Of a stretch of DNA of 64,000 nucleotides, positions 52,579-61,452 are shown piece after piece. Below the pieces are notes generated by a model. It was not told where the DNA came from. It saw nothing but the letters and a program-made list of their open reading frames with translations, and ran no database searches. Every line of letters starts with the position of its first letter. Positions within the stretch are counted from its first letter, which is position 1. The position numbers and the translations under genes are program-made. The DNA is from Tortispora ganteri (taxonomy: Eukaryota), in contig PPNB01000011.1 in NCBI GenBank assembly GCA_003707115.1, forward strand, positions 62,001 to 126,000, in the 5' to 3' direction.

Positions 52579-54951
52579 TTAAGGCTTCTTTTCTTCGTGT
52601 TGTGCAGATTCGAATTCTGCTGTGTGTGAGTAACCGTTAGCTGCAGCAAGTGATCGCCGCTTCTCTTCATGCTCCTTTTGTACTTTTCTAAAATTCTCCA
52701 ATAGATCACTCCACGGTATCGTGTTATCACCTGTGCCAATTAGTCCGCCAGAGGCTAGCTGTTTACTTTCTGCAGCGTTTGCGGACGTGCGGAAGTTTGC
52801 GAGTACCGCCACCGAATTCAGCCTGTTGCGTAACGTAGCAAATGCTGATGATTGCGGTAAAAGCATAAGAAGTCCGTATAAGCACTTGTATAAGTATGGA
52901 TTGTTTTCAGGCTCAAGAAGCTGCAGTCGCAGTCGACTGAATATAGGGGACTCAAGCATTTGCACTAGCTTGTCTACCTGAATGAGCAAGCTAACTGTAA
53001 CTTCAAGGTCAACAAAACTAAGCAGCAGCTCGTATGCCGGCTGGTACGCTTGAGCTAGCAAGCATAGCGTCAAAGCAGCGACGGCATTGTGGGACCAAGA
53101 ACGAAATAGCGTCACAAATAATCTCACAGCTTGCTCATTTGCTGTGCCGCTGCCAACAGTTCTCAGCTTGACTCGTAGGTCGTGAAATTCCGGCAGTGTG
53201 GCTAAATATATGTTAAGATTCTGAATCATTACATATGCAAAGCTCAAGTCCTCGGTTGTCTCGAGCAAGGAAGCCATAGATTTCAAGACTCTCTCTGGGT
53301 CGAGGTTCACGCATAGTTGTCTAATGATCAGGCTGCCGCGGTTTTCAACAAGCTTTCGATCTAATGAGAACAAAGAAATAATATGCTTTAGGAACTCAAT
53401 AAAATGCTCGTCTGTGGAAGTGCGGGAGACTTCTGCAAGTAAAATCAAGTCACGTGTGACAACATGGTCACTAGGATCCGAGAGTGTCTTTAGAAGAGCA
53501 GGAATAGTTGTCTCGTTAGAGGTTATCAAACTCTGAGGCGACGCTTTGTGTAACTCAATGAGCCAGTCTAAGGCCGCAATTCTTGTTGCTTCTTTCTCAT
53601 TAAGGAATGTCAATGTGAGGGAGTTTACAACAGCCGGAAAGTCGAGAATGTCCAACAGCTTTTTGGATGTTTGTGACGTGCCAGTACACAGATCAAGTAA
53701 GTTCACATTGACTTGCTTGGCTGTATTGCGGAGCAGTTCTATGTCTGATGAAATAGTGGGCAAGAGCAAAGAGAGAAACCTGGGGACGCAATGTATGATT
53801 TCTTCAGGGACCATAGTAAAGAATGAGTTTAGCCAGTGAAGCACAGTAAGTTGGATGTCTTCCACCGAAGAGTCCAGGTTGGATATAAGAATATCTATAA
53901 TTCTAGAATAATCGATCTGTATGTCCTGACCGACGACAATGACACCATCCTTAAGCTTATTTCCTTCTCCATTAGCGAACACCGTGTTTAAATCATCTTC
54001 GTCATCATTTACAATGGCTATTTCTGAAGTTGGAGGGCCGAAGGGGTCTTCTTCGTCGGCAAACTCGACGCGAGCAAGGTCTTGGTCATTAAGCGATCTT
54101 TTGACGCGAGATATTCGCTCTATTTCATTCAAAAACTCTTCAATAGCAAACTGAGTAGCATTTCGCACATCTGAATTGGGATCAGACAGAAAATTGAGTA
54201 ATCCTCCAAGAAATTCCGGGAGGTATGATATGAGTTCAAGCTCGGGGATCGAGTCGAGCAGAGTGATCCAAGAAACTAAGAACATTCTGGTGAACGGATT
54301 GATAACGTACATGCGCTCTGTGAGTAAAGGCATAAACCTTTTCAAGGAGAATGCAGTTGGGTATTTTGTTTCATGCAGCGGAAGCTCGACAGGTTTGGAT
54401 AGGTCATCTGTAGACGGCTGTTGTAGCGGAGATGGAGGCCTGTGCATCACAGAGACATATGTTGCTGCCTTTTCGGCTGCGATATCCTTGATCAGACGGT
54501 CCAGTAAGTCTGCACCATTCTTTACACTAGCATCAGTATCGGCAGTAAGTCTGCATAGAGCATCAAATATCTCGTTAAAATAGACGAGGATTTCACCTTT
54601 AGCGACTTTGGCAATGTTGTACATGCTCTCGCAAGCATAATAGCGCACACGAGACTCCTGATCGCCGAAACAGGCCAGAACCGGCTGGACGATGTCATCT
54701 AAGTATGGCGATACCTCGTTCTGTCCAAGCGCAATAGCTGCAGCGGCGAGACCGATTAGACCGCCATTACGAGCGTTAGGGAGATGTACAGCGTAGGCGA
54801 AATCGCGACACAATTCGTCAATGATCGCAGATATCTTATCGAAGTTCTTATTAGCAACGCAACTACGTATCTGTGCTTCAAGTTCTAATGCAGCAGCCTT
54901 ACGCCGTTCATATATGCGGTCATTGAGGCCCCGCTGAATGTCTTTGTCCAT
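52579..54951 (-). CDS. VAC14: PI(3,5)P2 regulatory scaffold Vac14
   Basis: LNDRIYERRKAAALELE, RNGGLIGLAA, RVRYYACESMYNIAK, QVDKLVQMLESPIF and LLMLLPQSSAFATLRNRL. Confidence 0.96.
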   Translation of the reverse strand: MDKDIQRGLNDRIYERRKAAALELEAQIRSCVANKNFDKISAIIDELCRDFAYAVHLPNARNGGLIGLAAAAIALGQNEVSPYLDDIVQPVLACFGDQESRVRYYACESMYNIAKVAKGEILVYFNEIFDALCRLTADTDASVKNGADLLDRLIKDIAAEKAATYVSVMHRPPSPLQQPSTDDLSKPVELPLHETKYPTAFSLKRFMPLLTERMYVINPFTRMFLVSWITLLDSIPELELISYLPEFLGGLLNFLSDPNSDVRNATQFAIEEFLNEIERISRVKRSLNDQDLARVEFADEEDPFGPPTSEIAIVNDDEDDLNTVFANGEGNKLKDGVIVVGQDIQIDYSRIIDILISNLDSSVEDIQLTVLHWLNSFFTMVPEEIIHCVPRFLSLLLPTISSDIELLRNTAKQVNVNLLDLCTGTSQTSKKLLDILDFPAVVNSLTLTFLNEKEATRIAALDWLIELHKASPQSLITSNETTIPALLKTLSDPSDHVVTRDLILLAEVSRTSTDEHFIEFLKHIISLFSLDRKLVENRGSLIIRQLCVNLDPERVLKSMASLLETTEDLSFAYVMIQNLNIYLATLPEFHDLRVKLRTVGSGTANEQAVRLFVTLFRSWSHNAVAALTLCLLAQAYQPAYELLLSFVDLEVTVSLLIQVDKLVQMLESPIFSRLRLQLLEPENNPYLYKCLYGLLMLLPQSSAFATLRNRLNSVAVLANFRTSANAAESKQLASGGLIGTGDNTIPWSDLLENFRKVQKEHEEKRRSLAAANGYSHTAEFESAQHEEKKP

Positions 54952-55110
54952 TGTTCAGGCTAGTTGACGGAGTTCTCCGTAGTATGGTTAATGTATGGGG
55001 GGTCTAGTGCAGTGGAGATAAAGTGTACTGCAGTTATTAAGACCGTGTATAGACGCTGATATCTTCAGCACACTTAAAGCCTGTATTCTCTATGTAATTC
55101 AGCAGGAATA

Positions 55111-55186
55111 CGGGTAATTGTCCTAAGTAGAGTCAGTAAATGAAACGTAATGCTGCTGGTGGTGATATGGTGTAAATCACGTGATT
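55111..55186. promoter_or_regulatory. Reb1-type CGGGTAA (55111-55117) plus palindromic E-box AATCACGTGATT (55175-55186) in the VAC14/SEC17 promoter
   Basis: Direct motif matches in a divergent intergenic region. Confidence 0.5.
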
Positions 55187-55258
55187 GACCTTTAGTTTTC
55201 TACCCACCGGCAGCTTACTGGGCGCAACCACTAAGGCAAAAAGAAGAGAACAATACAC

Positions 55259-56200
55259 ATGTCGCGCGCGCAGGCTTTACTGGAGCAGGTAAGTGGTGAA
55301 TTTCCGGTACAATTTACTAGATAAATTTACTGACAGAGGATTTTTTAGGCGGATAAGAAGTATGGTGGGGGCGCGAAAGGTGGATTCCTAAGCAGTATTT
55401 TTGGATCAGACAGCTCGCGCATAGAGGACGCAGCGGACTTGTATGTGCAAGCGGCAAACGCGTTCCGTTTGGAACGAAAGTATAATGATGCAGGACTGAC
55501 TTTTGAGAAAGCAGCAGAAGCACAAGGTTCGTCAGAGCTACGGGATGAGGCCGCTAATACTCTTGTTGAAGCGTACAAGTGCTACCGCCAGTCGTCAGCA
55601 CCGGACGCAGCACGAGTTCTAGGCCGGTCAATTCAGTTGTTTACGGAACGTGGTCAATTTAGACGCGCAGCTAATTACAAACAAGATTTGGCAGCGCTAT
55701 ACGAGACAGATTTGGGTGATCTTGAGCAGGCGGTTATGTGCTACGAGGACGCCGGTGAGTGGTTTGCAGGTGACGGCGCGGATGCTCTTGCGAACAAAGC
55801 GTTCCTGAAAGCTGCGGACTTAGCAGCACTAAATGAAAACTATACTTCTGCACTCAAGCTTTACAACAAAGTTGCAAAGGCTAGTATCGATAATCCTCTC
55901 ACAAAATGGTCGCTAAAGGACTACTTTCTCAAGGCAGTGATATGCAACTTGGCGAACCAAGACGTCATTGCCGCCAAAAAAGCACTAGAAACGTACTGCG
56001 ACATGGATAATGGATTTGCTGCTACGCGCGAATTTGGACTTGCTAAGGCTATAATTGCCGCTGTAGAGGACGGCGACCAAGATAAATTCACTGAAGAGTT
56101 AAAGAAGTTCGACAGCTTCTCACAGCTCGACAAATGGAAAACGACAATGTTGCTCCGCATTAAGAACGCGATTGTGAATGAAGATGATAATCTTATGTGA
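55259..56200 (+). CDS. SEC17: Alpha-SNAP, two exons (55259-55288 and 55349-56200), 293 aa
   Basis: MSRAQALLEQ|ADKKYGGG...IEDAADLYVQAAN, GQFRRAAN, WSLKDYFLKA and LDKWKTTMLL. Confidence 0.96.
55289..55348 (+). other. 60-nt spliceosomal intron in SEC17
   Basis: GTAAGT donor, TACTGAC branch point and TTTTTTAG acceptor; removal joins exon 1 in frame. Confidence 0.9.
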
Positions 56201-56314
56201 GTCTAGTATTTTTTTTTTTTTTGTGGTTTGTTTATTTACTTCATTATTCTTCTTTTTTCTTTTTACTACCATATAATGTTACTGTACAAGTAATCACTTA
56301 GCCTTTACCATCTC

Positions 56315-58630
56315 ATGTCTATTGGCGACATTGTCCAGACGAAATTCGGCCCAGGACAGGTCAGATATGAAGGTACAACGCAATTTGCACCAGGTACCTG
56401 GATTGGCGTTGAACTACGGACCGCAGATGGCAAAAATGATGGCTCGGTGGCAGGAGTCCGATACTTTGATTGTCGTCCGGGGTATGGCGTGTTCCTGAGA
56501 CCATCTGCACTGCTACCGACGGCGCCGCAATCGGCGGGATCAGCGACTACGAGATTTGAACACCTCAGAAGTGACTTCTTAAGGCTGCAAAAAGAATATA
56601 AAGAACTCCAACGTACTGTGCAACAGCTTGAAGAGCAGTTAGAGAGTACAACGCTTGATAAAGAGGTTGCTGAAGAGACATGTGAGCTACAGTCTACTGA
56701 GATCGAATCACTACAAACGCAACTACTGGCCTTAGAGTCGCAATTAAATACGCGTTTTGACACGGACGGCGCTGATATTAGCAAGCTGCAGATCGCCCTG
56801 GTCACACTCCGTGATGAACTCCAACGAACCACAGCCGATTATCAGCAAGTAGAGGCTGATCTTGCACTGGCCAAGACTTCTCTAAGTACTCTACAGCTAG
56901 AAAACAGCACTTTAAAAGACAAATTGGCAACTATAGATGAAACTAATCAAGAACTTATAGCGCAAGCAGACGCTGCTCGAGAATCATCGGCCATTATCGA
57001 CGATTTGTCGGCCAAAAACTCGTCTTTGCTCTCACAAATCGACGCGCTCCAAGCTTCTGTGTCAGAACTGGAAGAACTTAGAGAACTTAATGAGCAATTA
57101 GATGCAGATCATGCTGCCACAGAAAGCTCTCTACGTCATGAAATATCCACGCTTCAGGTTGAAGTAACAGAAAGCAGAAACGCCATTGAGAAGTTAGTAC
57201 AGTCAATAAATGAGCGTGAAGATACTTTAACAAAGCAAAGGGAGCTTATAGTGCAACTAAAAGCAGCCTCTTCTGCTGCTACTCAAAACAGCCCAGTTTC
57301 AGAGATGAAACCGTCCAGCGTGGACGAGATCACTATGAGACAAATTAAAATACTGGAAAAGCGGGTAGCTGTGGTCAAAGAAACAACTGCTTTGCTAAAA
57401 AGGTCACTGGAATTGCACAATGCTCATATCGATTTAGTTATTCCTTTGGTTCCAGAGCAATTCCGCAGTCTATACCTGAACTCTGCTTTGCAATTCAAAT
57501 TTGACTTTTTAGCTAAGACTCTTCGGTCTCTTTTAAAAATGGTCATTTTGCATCGAAATGAGCAACAGTCTGCGGAAGTAGTTGGCGATCTTGCGTACCT
57601 ATACTTAGGCATGAAAGTGTGTTCGCAGACAATAAGTGACTCTGCAGTCCTTGAAGAGCGATTAGCGCTACTTGACCGCGAGATGGTTTTGTTTCAGACA
57701 TATCTATGTGACTATACGGATGAAAAGACAATAGTAAAGTCTACATTAGCAAATCTACGCAATATTGTTGATGAAGTGGACAAGGAAGATGTGCTAAGTG
57801 GGTTTTCCGCTACTAAAAATGCATTTGAGAAGCTATACAAGTATCAAGAAACATCCATACTAGTTCAGTTTATAGAGAAGATGGAAAGCAACTACGGTCT
57901 ACCGTCTGGTACAGATATTGGAGCTAATAAGCGGTTGCTTGAAAACCTTGTTCCAATAAAAAAGGCTGGTCCGCTCTTGAGGAGCGAGATCACTAATGCA
58001 CAAAAGGAGCTACAGGCAGAGAATGACCGGAAGACGATGATTGAGACCAGGAACCAGAAAATTAGCGCGGAATTGATAAACCAAGAAAAGAAGGTGCGCG
58101 ATCTGGAGTTTCAATTAAACGCACTGAAGGAGAGGGGAGAAGCGTATGAAGACATACAAGACAAGGTTGAGCATTTGGAGCAGCAAATTGCGGATCAGCG
58201 TGCGGAGCTTATTGAGAGCCAAAAAGAGAAAGAAGTGATGTTAAAACAAATGCAAGACATAAGGCGGCAGCAGGAAGAGGATGCTGCGAGATTAAAGGAA
58301 GAGCTGCAAGCGGACGTGAAGCCGCTCGAAGAGAACCAAGAACTAAAAGAATGGATTAGAAGTTTAGAGCAGGCGATTCGTGTTCTAGGACGGAATTCAG
58401 CTACACATTTGGCAGATGAATCTGCTTCTAAATTGAAAATTAATACCCATCGCGTGTCGAGAAGTTTGAGTGATAACGAAACCAATCAATTGCAACGATT
58501 TAAGGCACTACGTCAATCGGCAACAAGTATTAGCGTTCTACCGATTGGTCGAGGACGTCAACCAAGACATATTAATGCGCATATGAGGGATTTGCGGCTG
58601 AAAGTGAACAAGATAATTGCGGGGAAGTAG
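56315..58630 (+). CDS. NIP100: Dynactin p150Glued subunit
   Basis: CAP-Gly domain [11 protein letters not shown]...[13 protein letters not shown]; coiled coil with [13 protein letters not shown] and [14 protein letters not shown]. Confidence 0.88.
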   Translation: MSIGDIVQTKFGPGQVRYEGTTQFAPGTWIGVELRTADGKNDGSVAGVRYFDCRPGYGVFLRPSALLPTAPQSAGSATTRFEHLRSDFLRLQKEYKELQRTVQQLEEQLESTTLDKEVAEETCELQSTEIESLQTQLLALESQLNTRFDTDGADISKLQIALVTLRDELQRTTADYQQVEADLALAKTSLSTLQLENSTLKDKLATIDETNQELIAQADAARESSAIIDDLSAKNSSLLSQIDALQASVSELEELRELNEQLDADHAATESSLRHEISTLQVEVTESRNAIEKLVQSINEREDTLTKQRELIVQLKAASSAATQNSPVSEMKPSSVDEITMRQIKILEKRVAVVKETTALLKRSLELHNAHIDLVIPLVPEQFRSLYLNSALQFKFDFLAKTLRSLLKMVILHRNEQQSAEVVGDLAYLYLGMKVCSQTISDSAVLEERLALLDREMVLFQTYLCDYTDEKTIVKSTLANLRNIVDEVDKEDVLSGFSATKNAFEKLYKYQETSILVQFIEKMESNYGLPSGTDIGANKRLLENLVPIKKAGPLLRSEITNAQKELQAENDRKTMIETRNQKISAELINQEKKVRDLEFQLNALKERGEAYEDIQDKVEHLEQQIADQRAELIESQKEKEVMLKQMQDIRRQQEEDAARLKEELQADVKPLEENQELKEWIRSLEQAIRVLGRNSATHLADESASKLKINTHRVSRSLSDNETNQLQRFKALRQSATSISVLPIGRGRQPRHINAHMRDLRLKVNKIIAGK

Positions 58631-59119
58631 GCGCCACTATTAAAGAAGTGATCTGTCTTATTCGTTTCATGAGGACTTAAAGTTGGAAAAGGGGGAGGGG
58701 TTCAAATTAATGATTTGCAATGTGCGAATCTACGTCATCGATGATTACTACCAGAAATAGATAATTCATCAAAATTGAATGACAATATTACTAATATAAT
58801 TGCACAAATTTTTGTTTGGTGTATATTTTTAATGACAATAGCGCCCAATCGCCTAAAATTGCGGTGAATTAAAGATTAAGAACATAAGTCAGAATGGACC
58901 TGGAAATGGTTCAAAAACGAAATAGAGTTTGGTTTTAAAACTTTATTACATTATTAACCCAAACAAAAATAATAAGAAATACTAAAAGGTCATTTATCAC
59001 TTTTACTTAACGCTGTCAAAAAGGCTTTTATTTATTAAGAGTTCCTTGTGTTTGTTAGACTACGGGAAGACAGGGTCTGGCCCCCGCATTTTCGACAACT
59101 AGGAATCGCTCATAAAGCC

Positions 59120-59797
59120 ATGGCCTCACTAGTATGTGTATCACCGCCCTCTACAGTGCGAAAACGAAAAAGAATGGGGCTAGAATATGAGAATCTGGAC
59201 CACACAGGTATAGTCGACGATTTGCACAAGAGGCCGCGACAAATGTACTACGGTGGAGCTGCGCCAATTGTGCCGGAGAATGCACCAGGTATAGCGCTGA
59301 AATGGATGGCGATCGACAGAATGCTGCGACCGTTCCGCGTACAAGTGGGGACGAGCAGCGAAGACTGTAAAGACACATGTATACGACGAATTAGTGACTT
59401 GTTTAACGATAATGACAATAATGAAAACTGCAAGGTTTCGGTGATATTATTTGAAGGCCCGATTTTGGCAAGGTACAAGACGCAACTGAGCAGGGCAAGT
59501 GATGAGTTACGACGGATCTGTCGCACAGCGGTAGTGAGTTCTAACGCGTTCTCAGACTGGTGTCTGCCAGATGTACTTTTAGTACATGATTCTGCGGTCT
59601 CAGAGCTGAGATCGTCATTCGGTGTGCTCGACCCACTCGGTGGCGGTAAACTCGCCGTCGACTCGGTAGTCATATTGGACCAACGAAATCCCGACAGCCA
59701 GCGGTACGTAATGATCCCCCTAAACCGCAGGCTGGCGCTCCCGCTGTCCATTGGACAACTAATAAACCAAACTAGCTATGTAGTTAGTCAGTTATAA
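59120..59797 (+). CDS. Uncharacterised protein, possibly a degenerate thioredoxin/peroxiredoxin-like fold
   Basis: 225 aa from the ATG at 59120; basic clusters RKRKR and KRPR; C-terminal LVHD...SSFGVLDPLGGG...VVILD pattern. The fold is an inference. Confidence 0.6.
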   Translation: MASLVCVSPPSTVRKRKRMGLEYENLDHTGIVDDLHKRPRQMYYGGAAPIVPENAPGIALKWMAIDRMLRPFRVQVGTSSEDCKDTCIRRISDLFNDNDNNENCKVSVILFEGPILARYKTQLSRASDELRRICRTAVVSSNAFSDWCLPDVLLVHDSAVSELRSSFGVLDPLGGGKLAVDSVVILDQRNPDSQRYVMIPLNRRLALPLSIGQLINQTSYVVSQL

Positions 59798-59805
59798 TTT
59801 ATAAT

Positions 59806-60204
59806 TTATAATTCATCCGATTCAAATACATTTCGGCCCTGTTTTAAGGTAGAAGCAAGAATCGGGACATGCGACACATCGAAGTCTTTTGACTCACGCA
59901 GTTGCAGAATCTCATTCGCAAATTCGTCTGTTACAGCTTTCATAAACTTCTGTTCAGATACCTTGTCGGTATTATAATCCCGCAACACAGGTGGTAACTT
60001 CTTCATATCCTCTATGATCTGTGCGGGTGTAGCTCGCGGAACAGTTGCTGATTCAATAGGCTTGTCAGTGTCTGACTCCTCCGACCGCTCCTCATCCATT
60101 TCCACATCTTCGACAGATTGCGTCTCTTCGTCCGATGAAAAAGAGTCTTCCTGGACAGTTCGGCTTTTTCTCTGTCGTTTCTTCTTACGTTCTGGCTGCG
60201 TCAT
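59806..60204 (-). CDS. RSA3: Ribosome assembly protein Rsa3
   Basis: RKKKRQRKSRT followed by an acidic tract; C-terminal VTDEFANEILQLRESKDF...ILASTLKQGRNVF. Confidence 0.82.
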   Translation of the reverse strand: MTQPERKKKRQRKSRTVQEDSFSSDEETQSVEDVEMDEERSEESDTDKPIESATVPRATPAQIIEDMKKLPPVLRDYNTDKVSEQKFMKAVTDEFANEILQLRESKDFDVSHVPILASTLKQGRNVFESDEL

Positions 60205-60442
60205 AGTGCCGGATCAAAAATCTAGACAGGTCTAGCGGTGAAATTTCATTTATAGTGTTAAACTCCCAACACGATTGCTTATTGGACAGTTTTACAGCCG
60301 CATATTTCTACTGTCGCCCCAAAACCTGTCTACGCCTTCGAGGCCCTACATAATGGCCTGAACAACGGGTCCTTGACGTATTTGTACTTTTGATTCATTC
60401 CATCTAGACCCTTGTAAAGGGTCTGACATATATTTGGGCAAC

Positions 60443-61363
60443 ATGATCAGAAGGCTCAAGCTGTCTTTTATCATGAAAGTATTTGCCGCGGTGCTGCTCG
60501 TAAGCGCGATACTCCCATGGGCCTCCGCCATCCAGCCGTTCTTCCTCAATTGGCGTCGGGGAATCACGGCTGACCAGTCCGTGAAGAAGATCCACTCTCA
60601 TAACGACTACTGGAGAAAGACGCCGCTCGTTGACGCGCTACGGCTCGGAGTACAATCCGTCGAAGCGGACGTCTGGAAAGTCTCGGAGACGCTGTACGTC
60701 GGTCACGACCTGCACTCACTATCTGAGAGCCGCACGTTCGACAGCTTGTATGTGCAGCCGCTACTGAAATATCTTGAACGCGTGAACAAGCGCTCGTCGT
60801 TGTTGCCGGTGGGTCTACCGCCCGCGGGACTCTTTGACACCAACTGCAGTGCGACGCTCTACCTATTTGTAGATATCAAGACCGGACCCGCAGACACTGC
60901 GAAGTCGATCCGACGTGAATTAGCGCCACTACGACGTAAGGGCTGGCTCACTACGTTGCGTGAAGATGGTGTGTTAGTTCCTGCCCCGATCACGGTCGTG
61001 CTTACGGGTAACATCCCCGAGAGCGACGCGCTGATCACCCCAAGTGGGACGCGTGACATGTTCTTTGACGCCGATCTCGCAGTGAATGATAATATTTCAT
61101 ACGACTCGCAACTTACACCTTTTGCTTCCTGTAACCTGCAGAGCCTAGTCGGCGAGATAGCACAGATCGATGGGCTGTCTGCTGCCCAGATCAGGACAGT
61201 CATTGACCGTGTGCACCACATGCACTCGTACGGCGTACAGACGCGCATATGGGGTATTCCCGAGTGGCCAATTACTTTGCGTAACAACATCTGGCGCCAA
61301 TTGTATTCTGCAGGCAACGATTTCCTCTGTACCGACGACATTGAGTCCGCTGCGCAGTTCTAG
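60443..61363 (+). CDS. AIM6: PLC-like phosphodiesterase-fold protein Aim6
   Basis: N-terminal hydrophobic segment; IHSHNDYWRKTPL, SVEADVW, LYVGHD, LFVDIKT, PITVVLTGN and RIWGIPEWP. Confidence 0.85.
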   Translation: MIRRLKLSFIMKVFAAVLLVSAILPWASAIQPFFLNWRRGITADQSVKKIHSHNDYWRKTPLVDALRLGVQSVEADVWKVSETLYVGHDLHSLSESRTFDSLYVQPLLKYLERVNKRSSLLPVGLPPAGLFDTNCSATLYLFVDIKTGPADTAKSIRRELAPLRRKGWLTTLREDGVLVPAPITVVLTGNIPESDALITPSGTRDMFFDADLAVNDNISYDSQLTPFASCNLQSLVGEIAQIDGLSAAQIRTVIDRVHHMHSYGVQTRIWGIPEWPITLRNNIWRQLYSAGNDFLCTDDIESAAQF

Positions 61364-61452
61364 CATGTCTGCCCCAGGTCCAATTAGAGTTTTTACACAG
61401 CTGTCATACAAGCACACCCACACATACACTTTCCTGCATCATAATCACTACA

